Assembly (NCBI GenBank): GCA_964387675.1
Contig: CAYLWL010000002.1
Span: forward strand, 22,514 to 86,513
Length of the DNA stretch: 64,000 bases
Direction: 5' to 3'
Source: an uncultured Candidatus Saccharibacteria bacterium
GTDB taxonomy: Bacteria > Patescibacteriota > Minisyncoccia > UBA6257 > 2-01-FULL-56-20
The notes under the pieces were generated by a model. The model was not told the DNA's origin, ran no database searches, and saw nothing but the letters and a program-made list of their open reading frames with translations. Made by a program: the position numbers and the translations under genes. The first letter of the stretch is position 1. Each line of letters opens with the position of its first letter. Of this stretch, positions 56,225 to 64,000 are shown piece by piece.

Positions 56225-56698
56225 ATGAAAAAATACATAAATTGGTTTTGGAGATGGTACGAAGGCAACTTGCGTCTCAATATCGGGATTGCCGCCGGTA
56301 TTTTTGTGTGGCAGTTGATACATTTGTTCTGGCTCACTCTCGACGTCGTCACCGCGCGATTATTTTCAGTCGCGCTTTTCCACATAACGGGAGTATTGCA
56401 ATACGCGATTATTGCCGTTGATTATGCGGAGATGCCGGCAATCATTACCGTGTCGCTGGTGTATATAAACGAACTGCGGAAAGGTAAAGACGTAAAAAGA
56501 AATATATTATTTCTCGTTCTTCTCAATTCCCAGTGGCTTCACTTGTTTTGGATAACAGACGAGTTTGTGCTGGAGATTTTGAGGGGCGGCGGAGCTGTTT
56601 TGCCGTTGTGGCTGGCGTGGATCGCGATACTGATAGATTACCTTGAACTGCCGGTGATTTACGACACGATAAGGAAGCTTCTTAAGTCCCGCGGTTAA
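56225..56698 (+). CDS. hypothetical membrane protein
   Basis: Start MKKYINW after the tRNA; internal repeat QL.HLFW.T...DY.E.P. Confidence 0.7.
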   Translation: MKKYINWFWRWYEGNLRLNIGIAAGIFVWQLIHLFWLTLDVVTARLFSVALFHITGVLQYAIIAVDYAEMPAIITVSLVYINELRKGKDVKRNILFLVLLNSQWLHLFWITDEFVLEILRGGGAVLPLWLAWIAILIDYLELPVIYDTIRKLLKSRG

Positions 56699-56772
56699 GT
56701 TTTACGTTTGCGTAATTTGAGAGAGGGTTTATACTATAAAGTAGCTATCTTAAGTATTCAACGGGGGGTTGT

Positions 56773-57732
56773 ATGAGGGGATTGATCCTGCTTGTCGCCT
56801 TGTTTCTATCCGCGTTCTTTCCAGGCCCGATCCTGGCGCAGCAGCCCTTCAAATCTAGTGTCGATTTGGTGGTTTTAAACGTAACCGTGATAGACGGCAG
56901 CGCGAGAGGAGACAAGCCGCGTTTTGTGCGGGGACTCGCCGAGAAAGATTTTGTTGTCTACGAAAACGGCATCGGACAAGACATTGCGTTTTTCACGCAA
57001 AGCGACGTGCCGATCGAAATCGCGCTTATCATAGATACGAGCGCGAGCATGACAGATAAAATGCAGATGGCGAAAGAGGCCGCCATCGGCTTCATTCGCA
57101 ATTTACGACCGCAGGACTCCGCCGAAATTTTGGGATGTGACGCGAGAATCAGAATATTCCAAACATTTACGAACGACAAAGACAAACTCGAAAAGTCCAT
57201 CGAGCTGATTTCTGCCGGAGGATCGACTTCTTTATATAACGCCATCTACGTCGCGGTGAATGAGTTCAAGAAAAATCGGGGGTCTTCGAACGATATTCGC
57301 CGCCAGGCCATTGTTGTTTTGTCCGACGGAGAAGACACCTCGAGTCTCATTACGTTTGATGAGTCCCTCCAAACGGCGCAAAAAGCGAATATCGCGATAT
57401 ACGCGATTTCGTTGAAATCTGGGCCCATTACTACCACCAGCCGCCGTTATTTCAATCAATCGGATTTTGTGATGACCCGATTCGCGAGCGAAACCGGCGG
57501 ACGCTCGATTTCCGCGATCCGCCCGGAAGACCTGCGTGATATTTACAGCAACATCCTCGACGAGATCATGAGCCAGTACACGATCGGTTACGAATCCAGC
57601 AACAAAATTGCCGACGGTAAATGGCGCGCGGTCATTGTCCAGGCCCTGAAGCCGAACGTAACCGTTCGCACGAGAAAAGGGTACGAAGGGCCGACACCGT
57701 CCGGTGTTCGCGACAAAGAGAAAAGTAAATAA
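56773..57732 (+). CDS. secreted VWA-domain protein (Acidobacterial VWFA-like)
   Basis: Signal peptide, FKSSVDLVVLNVTV.D, MIDAS DTSAS, LSDGED, ETGG, Y.IGY, VRTRKGY. Confidence 0.85.
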   Translation: MRGLILLVALFLSAFFPGPILAQQPFKSSVDLVVLNVTVIDGSARGDKPRFVRGLAEKDFVVYENGIGQDIAFFTQSDVPIEIALIIDTSASMTDKMQMAKEAAIGFIRNLRPQDSAEILGCDARIRIFQTFTNDKDKLEKSIELISAGGSTSLYNAIYVAVNEFKKNRGSSNDIRRQAIVVLSDGEDTSSLITFDESLQTAQKANIAIYAISLKSGPITTTSRRYFNQSDFVMTRFASETGGRSISAIRPEDLRDIYSNILDEIMSQYTIGYESSNKIADGKWRAVIVQALKPNVTVRTRKGYEGPTPSGVRDKEKSK

Positions 57733-57907
57733 CAATTGGGCAGAGTATAGCGCCTCTATACACCGCCCAGTTTTTTTGAGCCAATTTAATAACCGAATAA
57801 CCGACACGCAACACGTGAACAACCTGTGCATATCTCGCAGGCCTTTTTTATTTTTATGCTGAAAAATCAATGCTTTCCGGGCCGCAAAAAGCCAAAACTC
57901 CGGCTTT

Positions 57908-57994
57908 TTGACGGCATAATGCGGTGGTGTAGTATTAAATGTAAGTGGTGGGTTGTGGATAACTATGGGGATAAACCACTGTTTCTGGGGATAA
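57908..57994 (+). promoter_or_regulatory. dcw promoter region with MraZ-type repeats and DnaA-box-like sites
   Basis: TTGACG-N16-TAGTAT; (G/A)TGG at 57945, 57955, 57965; TGTGGATAA at 57954; TGGGGATAA at 57966 and 57986. Confidence 0.55.
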
Positions 57995-58158
57995 CTCGCT
58001 CGCACCTTTACTTTTAGGAACCGGCGTCCAATTTGCTCCAGCGGCAAATTGTCGCCTGCATCTCGCTCTTGCGGCTCCGACCGCGGTCGGAGACCAAGCC
58101 CGCAAGAGCTCCGATAGCTTCCTAAAAGCAAAGCTGCTCGCTTTAGAGAAAACAAACA

Positions 58159-58590
58159 ATGCTATTGGGCGAATATCAACACAATTTAGACAACAAAGGT
58201 CGAGTGGCGATCCCGGCGAAGTTCAAAGATCGGCTCGCACCGGGGGCTATTATCACGCGCGGTTTAGACAACTGCCTTTTCGTTTTTGCGAGCAAGGAGT
58301 GGGAGGCGTTGGCCCAAAAATTGGTGGCATTGCCCCTCGCTCAGGCCAATTCGCGCGCCTTCGTGCGTTTGATGCTTGCCGGAGCGTGCGACGTCAATCT
58401 CGACAATCAATCGAGGATTCTGATTCCCGATTATTTGAGACAATACGCCGGACTCGAGAAGTCGCTCACCATCGCCGGCTTGTATAATCGGGTGGAAATT
58501 TGGGATTCGTTCCGCTGGGCCGAGTACAAGAAAAAAACGGAAGGAGCATCGGAGGAAATAGCGGAGAAGCTCGGCGAACTCGGAATTTAG
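58159..58590 (+). CDS. mraZ: transcriptional regulator MraZ
   Basis: LDNKGRVAIP and LDNQSRILIP repeats. Confidence 0.95.
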   Translation: MLLGEYQHNLDNKGRVAIPAKFKDRLAPGAIITRGLDNCLFVFASKEWEALAQKLVALPLAQANSRAFVRLMLAGACDVNLDNQSRILIPDYLRQYAGLEKSLTIAGLYNRVEIWDSFRWAEYKKKTEGASEEIAEKLGELGI

Positions 58591-58660
58591 TATCAAGTGT
58601 CAAGTATCACGTATCAAGCGGTAAAAAATCTTGACACATGACACCTGATACATGACACAT
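58588..58660. repeat. empty heptamer hairpin (AAGT(A/G)TC/GA(C/T)ACAT type)
   Basis: tagtatc-aagtgtc-aagtatc-acgtatc-aag versus ctt-gacacat-gacacct-gatacat-gacacat; includes the mraZ stop and rsmH start. Confidence 0.8.
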
Positions 58661-59566
58661 CAACCCGTTCTCTTAAAAGAAGTCATAGAAGTTTTACATC
58701 CTCGTCCGGGTTCGTTTGTGATCGATGGCACGATAGACGGCGGAGGGCACGCGGCCGCAATCCTTGAAAGAATTGTGCCGGGCGGCAGATTCTTGGGAGT
58801 AGATTGGGATGGTGAAGCCGTGAAAGAAACCAAAAGAAGAATTGCGGCAATTCCTAATCACCAATTTCTAATTTCTAAACCTCTTTTGGTTCATGGAAAT
58901 TACGCCGACCTCCCCGCGATTTTGAAAAAGAAGGGGATGGGAAAGGCCGACGGTTTGCTTCTTGATCTCGGTTTCTCTTCGGAACAGCTGGAGTCCGCCG
59001 GTGGCCGGATGGGGAAGGGATTCAGCTTCGCGAAAAAAGACGAGCCGTTGCTCATGACATACGACGCGGAACGCAAGCCGGTGAAAAAGCTCCTTCGGGA
59101 ACTGAGCGTTCGGGAGCTCGCGCGCATCATTCACGACTTGAGCGGAGAAAGATTTGCCATGCGCGTTGCCGAAGCGATCAAGGAGAAGATGAAGGCAAAA
59201 CCGATCGAAACCACCCGAGATCTCCGAGACATCGTGCACGCCGCTGTTCCAAGAAATTACGAGCACGGACGAATCGACCCGGCCACCCGTACGTTCCAGG
59301 CCTTGAGAATCTACGCGAACGATGAGCTTGGAAATCTCAGAAAACTTATTGACCGTCTTCCCGAGATACTGAAGCCCGGCGGACGCGCGGCAATCATAAG
59401 TTTCCACTCTCTGGAAGATAAGATCGTGAAGGACTTATTTCGGGATTTTGCCAAGAGGGGAATCGTGGAGATTTTGACCAAAAAGCCAATCGTCCCGTCG
59501 CGAGAAGAGATTTACTCCAATCGCCGGAGCCGGTCGGCCAAATTGAGAGCGGCGCAGTTAGTTTAG
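58652..59566 (+). CDS. rsmH: 16S rRNA m4C1402 methyltransferase
   Basis: HQPVLLKEV, GGGH, DLGFSS.QL, FQALRI..NDEL, SFHSLED, RSAKLR. Confidence 0.95.
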   Translation: MTHQPVLLKEVIEVLHPRPGSFVIDGTIDGGGHAAAILERIVPGGRFLGVDWDGEAVKETKRRIAAIPNHQFLISKPLLVHGNYADLPAILKKKGMGKADGLLLDLGFSSEQLESAGGRMGKGFSFAKKDEPLLMTYDAERKPVKKLLRELSVRELARIIHDLSGERFAMRVAEAIKEKMKAKPIETTRDLRDIVHAAVPRNYEHGRIDPATRTFQALRIYANDELGNLRKLIDRLPEILKPGGRAAIISFHSLEDKIVKDLFRDFAKRGIVEILTKKPIVPSREEIYSNRRSRSAKLRAAQLV

Positions 59567-59567
59567 T

Positions 59568-59664
59568 TAGAAATGAGAAATGAGACATGAGACATGAGGA
59601 GCAAGAAACGAGACGTTGGCGATGCTGAACGACCTAATTTCTCATTTCTAATATCTCATCTCTA
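59568..59664. repeat. empty heptamer hairpin (GAGA(A/C)AT type)
   Basis: Right arm 59633-59664 is identical over 32 nt to 28633-28664. Confidence 0.88.
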
Positions 59665-59670
59665 TTTATT

Positions 59671-59982
59671 ATGACTTTTATCCAACCCAACAAAAATAGC
59701 AATATCATCAATATCACGGTCTTGTTTTTTCTTTCGGCATTGCTCATTGCGGGCGCCATTCTTTTGGTTATTCTTTATAATAGATTCGTGAATTTCGAAC
59801 ACGGAGTTTCAGGCATCAAACTTCAACTGAAAGAAATTCAAGCTCAAAATGTGGAAATTGAAGATAAGATTTTCACGCTGATTGACTCGTCGAAATCGGA
59901 AAGTGTGTCGCTCGGAAAACTGATCCCCGATAAAAACCCTAAATACTTCGAAGCAAAATGGTCATACGCCTCTCAATACTGA
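59671..59982 (+). CDS. FtsL-like cell division protein
   Basis: Transmembrane helix plus coiled coil between rsmH and the PBP gene. Confidence 0.65.
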   Translation: MTFIQPNKNSNIINITVLFFLSALLIAGAILLVILYNRFVNFEHGVSGIKLQLKEIQAQNVEIEDKIFTLIDSSKSESVSLGKLIPDKNPKYFEAKWSYASQY

Positions 59983-61607
59983 CGATTTGTCTCGCGCTGG
60001 CATATTCGTTTTTGCTTTTTCATTTATACGATCTGCAAATCGTAAAAGGCGGTTACTATTTGGCTCGATCCGGCGCGGAATACCTTGCCCAGGAGTATCT
60101 CGACGCGAACCGCGGAGCGATATATTTTACCGGCAGGAACGGAAGTTTTTTGCCCGCCGTTTTGAACAAGGACTTCCCGATCGTCTACGCCGTTCCGAAA
60201 GAGATCGAGGATGTTTCGGAGGCGGCTCACGCGCTTGCTCCCATTCTTGAAAGGCCCGCGGAGGAATTAAAAACCCTTTTTTCGAAAAAGAACGATCTGT
60301 ACGAAATGCTGGTGAAAAAAGCCGACCCGGCTCTTGCGAGCCAAATTGCCGACTTAAAAATAAAAGGCATCTCCGTTGACAAGCAAGCAGGCCGTTTTTA
60401 TCCGCTTGGCTCCTTGGCCTCCCATGCTCTCGGTTTTGTCGGACCCACGGCTCAAAGCGCGGCAGATGCCGGGCACTATGGACTCGAGGAGTTTTATAAT
60501 AAAGACCTGAGTGGCGAAAGAGGCTCGGTGTCGGGATCGAAAATCAAGAAAACTGTTCCGGGAAAAGACGTGGTGACCACGCTCGATCCCAATATTCAAA
60601 TCGAGGCAGAGAGGATTTTGGAAAATCTTGTAAAAACCTATAAGGCGCGGGGCGGGAGCGTGATCGTGGAAGATCCGCGCACGGGAAGAATTTTGGCGAT
60701 GGGGTCATATCCCGATTTCGATCCGAATCAGTACGGCGAGTTCCCGATTGCTTCTTTTTTAAACCCGAACGTCCAGCAAGTCTACGAACCCGGTTCCGTT
60801 TTTAAGGCGATCACCATGGCCACGGGCATCGATTCGGGAAAGATCACGCCCGACACCACGTATTACGATACGGGCACGCTCACCATAAACGGCCGAACGA
60901 TTTCGAACTACGATCTCAAAAAACACGGACCCTACGGAAAGGCGACGATGACCAACGTGATTGAGCATTCGATCAACACCGGCGCCGTTTTTGCCGAGCG
61001 GCAAATCGGCAGAGAAATTTTCACCGCGTACCTCAAGGATTTCGGATTTTCGGAAAAAACGGGGATTGATTTGCCCGGCGAACTCAAAGGAGACCTGCGG
61101 CGGCTGAATCCCAAAGAACGGGACGTGGCTTTTGCTACGGCTTCGTATGGGCAGGGAGTTGCCGTTACCCCCATAGAGCTCATCACCGCCATGGCGGCGC
61201 TTGCGAATGGCGGGAACTTGATGAGGCCGTATCTTAACGCCGAGCTTGAGCCGCGGATTATACGGAGGGTGGTGAGCGAAGAAACGGCGAGGCAAGTGAC
61301 CAATATGATGATTTCAGCGGTGGATAACGCGGAAATAGCGAAGATCAACGGCTTCACGATCGCCGGCAAAACCGGCACTGCCTATGTTCCGGATTTCAAA
61401 AAAGGAGGGTACACTGATAACGTGATCAATACCTACGTCGGTTTCGGCCCCGCGAGCGACCCGAAGTTTATTGCTTTGATCAAACTGAATGAGCCGCAAG
61501 GAGCCCCCGTCGCGGGACTTTCCGTCGTGCCCGCCTTCCGCGACCTCGCTCAATTTATTTTGAATTATTACCGTGTATCACCCGACAGATTGGAAACTAG
61601 AAACTAA
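59958..61607 (+). CDS. ftsI: FtsI-like peptidoglycan transpeptidase
   Basis: YEPGSVFK, SIN, GKTGTA; dcw position. Confidence 0.85.
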   Translation: MVIRLSILTICLALAYSFLLFHLYDLQIVKGGYYLARSGAEYLAQEYLDANRGAIYFTGRNGSFLPAVLNKDFPIVYAVPKEIEDVSEAAHALAPILERPAEELKTLFSKKNDLYEMLVKKADPALASQIADLKIKGISVDKQAGRFYPLGSLASHALGFVGPTAQSAADAGHYGLEEFYNKDLSGERGSVSGSKIKKTVPGKDVVTTLDPNIQIEAERILENLVKTYKARGGSVIVEDPRTGRILAMGSYPDFDPNQYGEFPIASFLNPNVQQVYEPGSVFKAITMATGIDSGKITPDTTYYDTGTLTINGRTISNYDLKKHGPYGKATMTNVIEHSINTGAVFAERQIGREIFTAYLKDFGFSEKTGIDLPGELKGDLRRLNPKERDVAFATASYGQGVAVTPIELITAMAALANGGNLMRPYLNAELEPRIIRRVVSEETARQVTNMMISAVDNAEIAKINGFTIAGKTGTAYVPDFKKGGYTDNVINTYVGFGPASDPKFIALIKLNEPQGAPVAGLSVVPAFRDLAQFILNYYRVSPDRLETRN

Positions 61608-61646
61608 GGATCAGTAATCAGTCATTAGTCATCAGTAATCAGTATA

Positions 61647-62945
61647 ATGAACTTTTTTACAAAAACTTTGCGGTGGATGGTCAAGCGCTTGGCCCAGCTT
61701 GCGGTCTGGCGCTATCGGCCGGGAATCATCGGCATCACCGGAAGCGTGGGGAAGACCTCCACAAAGCTCGCCGTGCAGGCGGTGCTCGGCGGAGAGCGGA
61801 GAGTCAGGGCTTCGGCCGGGAACCTGAACAGCGACCTGGGCCTCCCGCTCACTATTTTGGGTGACTGGAGCGAAAAAGAGCTTGCGCTCGTGAGTCGCGA
61901 TCAACCGCCGCACACGGCGAGGATCAGGAAGCTGTTCTTTTGGGCAAAAGTGATACTCTCTTCTTTCTGGAGAGTTCTCTTTGCCGCGAGATCGAGCTAC
62001 CCTGATATTCTGGTGTTGGAATACGGCGCGGATAGACCGGGGGATTTGAAGTACTTGCTCGGCATCGCGCGGCCCAATATAAGCGTCATTACCGCGATAG
62101 GCGACATACCGGTTCATGTGGAGTTTTTCGCCGGACCGGACGACGTGGCTCGCGAGAAGGCGCGACTTATCGAATATCTGCCGTCGGCGGGCTTCGCGGT
62201 CTTAAACCGCGACGATGATTCGGTGATGAACCTGAAAGACAGGACGCGGGCGCACGTGATCACGTTCGGTTTCGCCTCCGATGCCGACGTGCGCATTTCA
62301 CGGTTTGAGAATCGCACAGAAGGAGACGTGCCGGCGGGAATTTCTTTTAAGCTGGAATACGGAGGGAGTTTGGTGCCGGTGCGGCTTGACGGTGTCTTCG
62401 GCAAGGCCCAAAGTTACGCGTCCGCCGCGGCCGCGGCGATCGGTTTGGTGTTTGGGTTAAATCTGGTGAAAATTTCGGAGGCATTGAAGAAATACGTGCC
62501 GGCGGATTCGAGAATGAAACTTGTGCCCGGCATCAAGCACACCCATCTCATTGATGATTCGTACAACGCGAGCCCCTTATCGATGCACGCGGCGCTCGAT
62601 ACGCTCAAAAGTTTGCCTGCCAAGCGCAAAATGGCCGTGTTGGGAGATATGCTTGAGATAGGAAAGTACGCGATTGAAGCCCATGAACGCGCGGGCCGCC
62701 TGGCCGGAAAATTCTTGGATGTTCTGATTACGGTCGGGCCCCGGGCGAAGTTTATCGCGGAGGAAGCGCGCAAATCCGGCATGAGGAGAAACAAAATCTA
62801 TTCGTTCGACACCGCGGATGCCGCCAAACGAGAAGTGCAAAACTTGATGAAAAAAGGCGATCTTGTTTTAATCAAGGGGTCGCACGCGATGGAACTCAAT
62901 AAGGTGGTGGAGGAAGTAAAACAGTATCTAGTATCTAGTATCTAG
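61647..62945 (+). CDS. murF: UDP-MurNAc-tripeptide:D-Ala-D-Ala ligase
   Basis: ITGSVGKTSTK, DDSYNASP, LGDMLEIG, LIKGS. Confidence 0.92.
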   Translation: MNFFTKTLRWMVKRLAQLAVWRYRPGIIGITGSVGKTSTKLAVQAVLGGERRVRASAGNLNSDLGLPLTILGDWSEKELALVSRDQPPHTARIRKLFFWAKVILSSFWRVLFAARSSYPDILVLEYGADRPGDLKYLLGIARPNISVITAIGDIPVHVEFFAGPDDVAREKARLIEYLPSAGFAVLNRDDDSVMNLKDRTRAHVITFGFASDADVRISRFENRTEGDVPAGISFKLEYGGSLVPVRLDGVFGKAQSYASAAAAAIGLVFGLNLVKISEALKKYVPADSRMKLVPGIKHTHLIDDSYNASPLSMHAALDTLKSLPAKRKMAVLGDMLEIGKYAIEAHERAGRLAGKFLDVLITVGPRAKFIAEEARKSGMRRNKIYSFDTADAAKREVQNLMKKGDLVLIKGSHAMELNKVVEEVKQYLVSSI

Positions 62946-63003
62946 TATCTAGAAACTAGAATCTAGAATTTCGGTCATTTTAACTACTAAATTCTAGATT
63001 CTG
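62922..63003. repeat. heptamer hairpin (TAGTATC/TAGAATC type) over the murF stop
   Basis: 7 left units at 62922-62970, 3 inverted units at 62984-63003. Confidence 0.8.
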
Positions 63004-63044
63004 CGATGATGGCCTATCGTTCCCGATTTATACAAAAATTTGTT

Positions 63045-63122
63045 GCCCCTATCGTCTAGCCTGGTCTAGGACACATGGTTCTCAGCCATGGAACTGGGGT
63101 TCGAATCCCCATGGGGGCACCA
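63045..63122 (+). tRNA. tRNA-Glu(CTC)
   Basis: CATGG-TT-CTC-AG-CCATG; GGTTCGAATCC; encoded CCA. Confidence 0.95.
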
Positions 63123-63186
63123 AATTTTTGTAAATAAATCGAGGATCCTCGATTTTGTACAGTGTTTCACGCTAACAAAATCGGGA

Positions 63187-63236
63187 GACGTATGGTTCTT
63201 ATCCATGTAACTCGGGTTCAAATCCCAACGAGAGCA
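63187..63236 (+). pseudogene. degenerate 3' two-thirds of a tRNA-Glu-like gene
   Basis: GACG-TATGG-TT-CTT-AT-CCATG-TAAC-TCGGG-TTCAAAT-CCCAA-CGAGAGC-A is colinear with the upstream tRNA-Glu. Confidence 0.65.
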
Positions 63237-63324
63237 ACAATTTTTATACGGGGTCAACGCCGGAACAGGGATTCTCGACAAATCAACTTTAAAAGTCGAT
63301 AACTATGATACAATAAAGAATACA

Positions 63325-63555
63325 ATGCACGAGAATTTGAGGAAATACGAACACGGGCAGGTTTCGTTTTTGCCGGAAGATGAAAAAAGGGTTCGCGACA
63401 AGGCCCTTGCGGAGGGCAAAAATCCCGATGAAGCGGTAAAGGTGGAAAGAGAGAAAATGGCTCGCGCCACCGAGCGAATTCAAGAAGCCCACAAAGAGGC
63501 CCAGCCGCGAAAGGCGAGAGTTTTACTGGGGAATTTCGAGCAGAAAGAGAAATAA
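63325..63555 (+). CDS. small charged hypothetical protein
   Basis: 76-aa ORF downstream of a TATGAT -10-like box. Confidence 0.5.
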   Translation: MHENLRKYEHGQVSFLPEDEKRVRDKALAEGKNPDEAVKVEREKMARATERIQEAHKEAQPRKARVLLGNFEQKEK

Positions 63556-63764
63556 GGGGAAGCCACGGGTGTGCATAACCTCGACGCCCCGGAGTATTCT
63601 CCGCGATACCATGCCTCGTTGGCGGTGTTTTTTGTCAATGAAATCATTGTTTCACGGCTGGAATCGGATTCGTCGAAGGACAATCAGGACGCGTAGTTGA
63701 CGGCTAATCCTCGAGTTTTATCATTAAGAGTAGACACGTTTTTACATACGAATAAGGAGATGCA

Positions 63765-64000
63765 ATGAAAGCGAAAGCGAAGAAGAGTATGCTTCTTGCC
63801 CTTGTTGCTTTGTTCGCGCTCAGCACCCCTGTTTTTGCCCAGCCCGTAAAAGAATTGCCGTGGTACTTCCCGCACGGGATTACTCCCCAGCCGGGAGACC
63901 CGTTCCAGATGAAGAATTACCTGAGGTATCTTGCCTCGGAGTGGAACTGTTTCCAGGGCAATGCGCATGGATTAACTTGGTTGATTCCGGGGAACGACAG
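63765..64000 (+). CDS. secreted hypothetical protein, 5' part
   Basis: AAGGAG RBS; MKAKAKKSMLLALVALFALSTPVFA-QP signal peptide; open to window edge. Confidence 0.6.
   Translation, partial: MKAKAKKSMLLALVALFALSTPVFAQPVKELPWYFPHGITPQPGDPFQMKNYLRYLASEWNCFQGNAHGLTWLIPGND

Noticed and set aside
3749-63003. CRISPR array or phase-variable microsatellites
   Set aside because: No constant repeat with unique spacers and no cas genes. The units are degenerate and come as inverted pairs, unlike pure slippage tracts.
1-64000. Alternative genetic code (UGA read as Gly)
   Set aside because: Conserved genes are intact under code 11 and several end in TGA at the expected length (pilC, scpA, scpB, topA).

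Overview
Chromosomal window of a small-genome bacterium using genetic code 11. Gene content and style suggest Patescibacteria/CPR, probably Parcubacteria (inference). It holds a type IV pilus cluster, dnaX, scpAB, mraY, proS, mreBCD-mrdA, rplU, a VirD4/HerA-like ATPase, pgk, aspS, prfA, efp, rpsP, parAB, relA/spoT, topA, dprA, mraZ-rsmH-ftsL-ftsI-murF, five intact tRNAs and a 613-nt RNase P RNA. The main unexplained signal is a dispersed family of hairpin elements built from two inverted arms of about 5 degenerate 7-nt units (left arms mostly have AG every 7 nt, right arms CT every 7 nt). Three copies enclose an AT-rich four-helix-bundle gene (23S rRNA-IVP/Avd-like), and protein type tracks the repeat unit. 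About 15 empty copies sit at gene junctions, in prepilin leader peptides, in frame inside enzymes and inside RNase P RNA. A second striking feature is an intact tRNA-Val(GAC) nested in a long hairpin that interrupts another tRNA-Val-like gene, with a similar but more decayed arrangement around tRNA-Glu. Two unexplained multibranch RNA structures, a MITE and several palindrome families are also present. All product calls come from motif recognition by eye; no searches were run.
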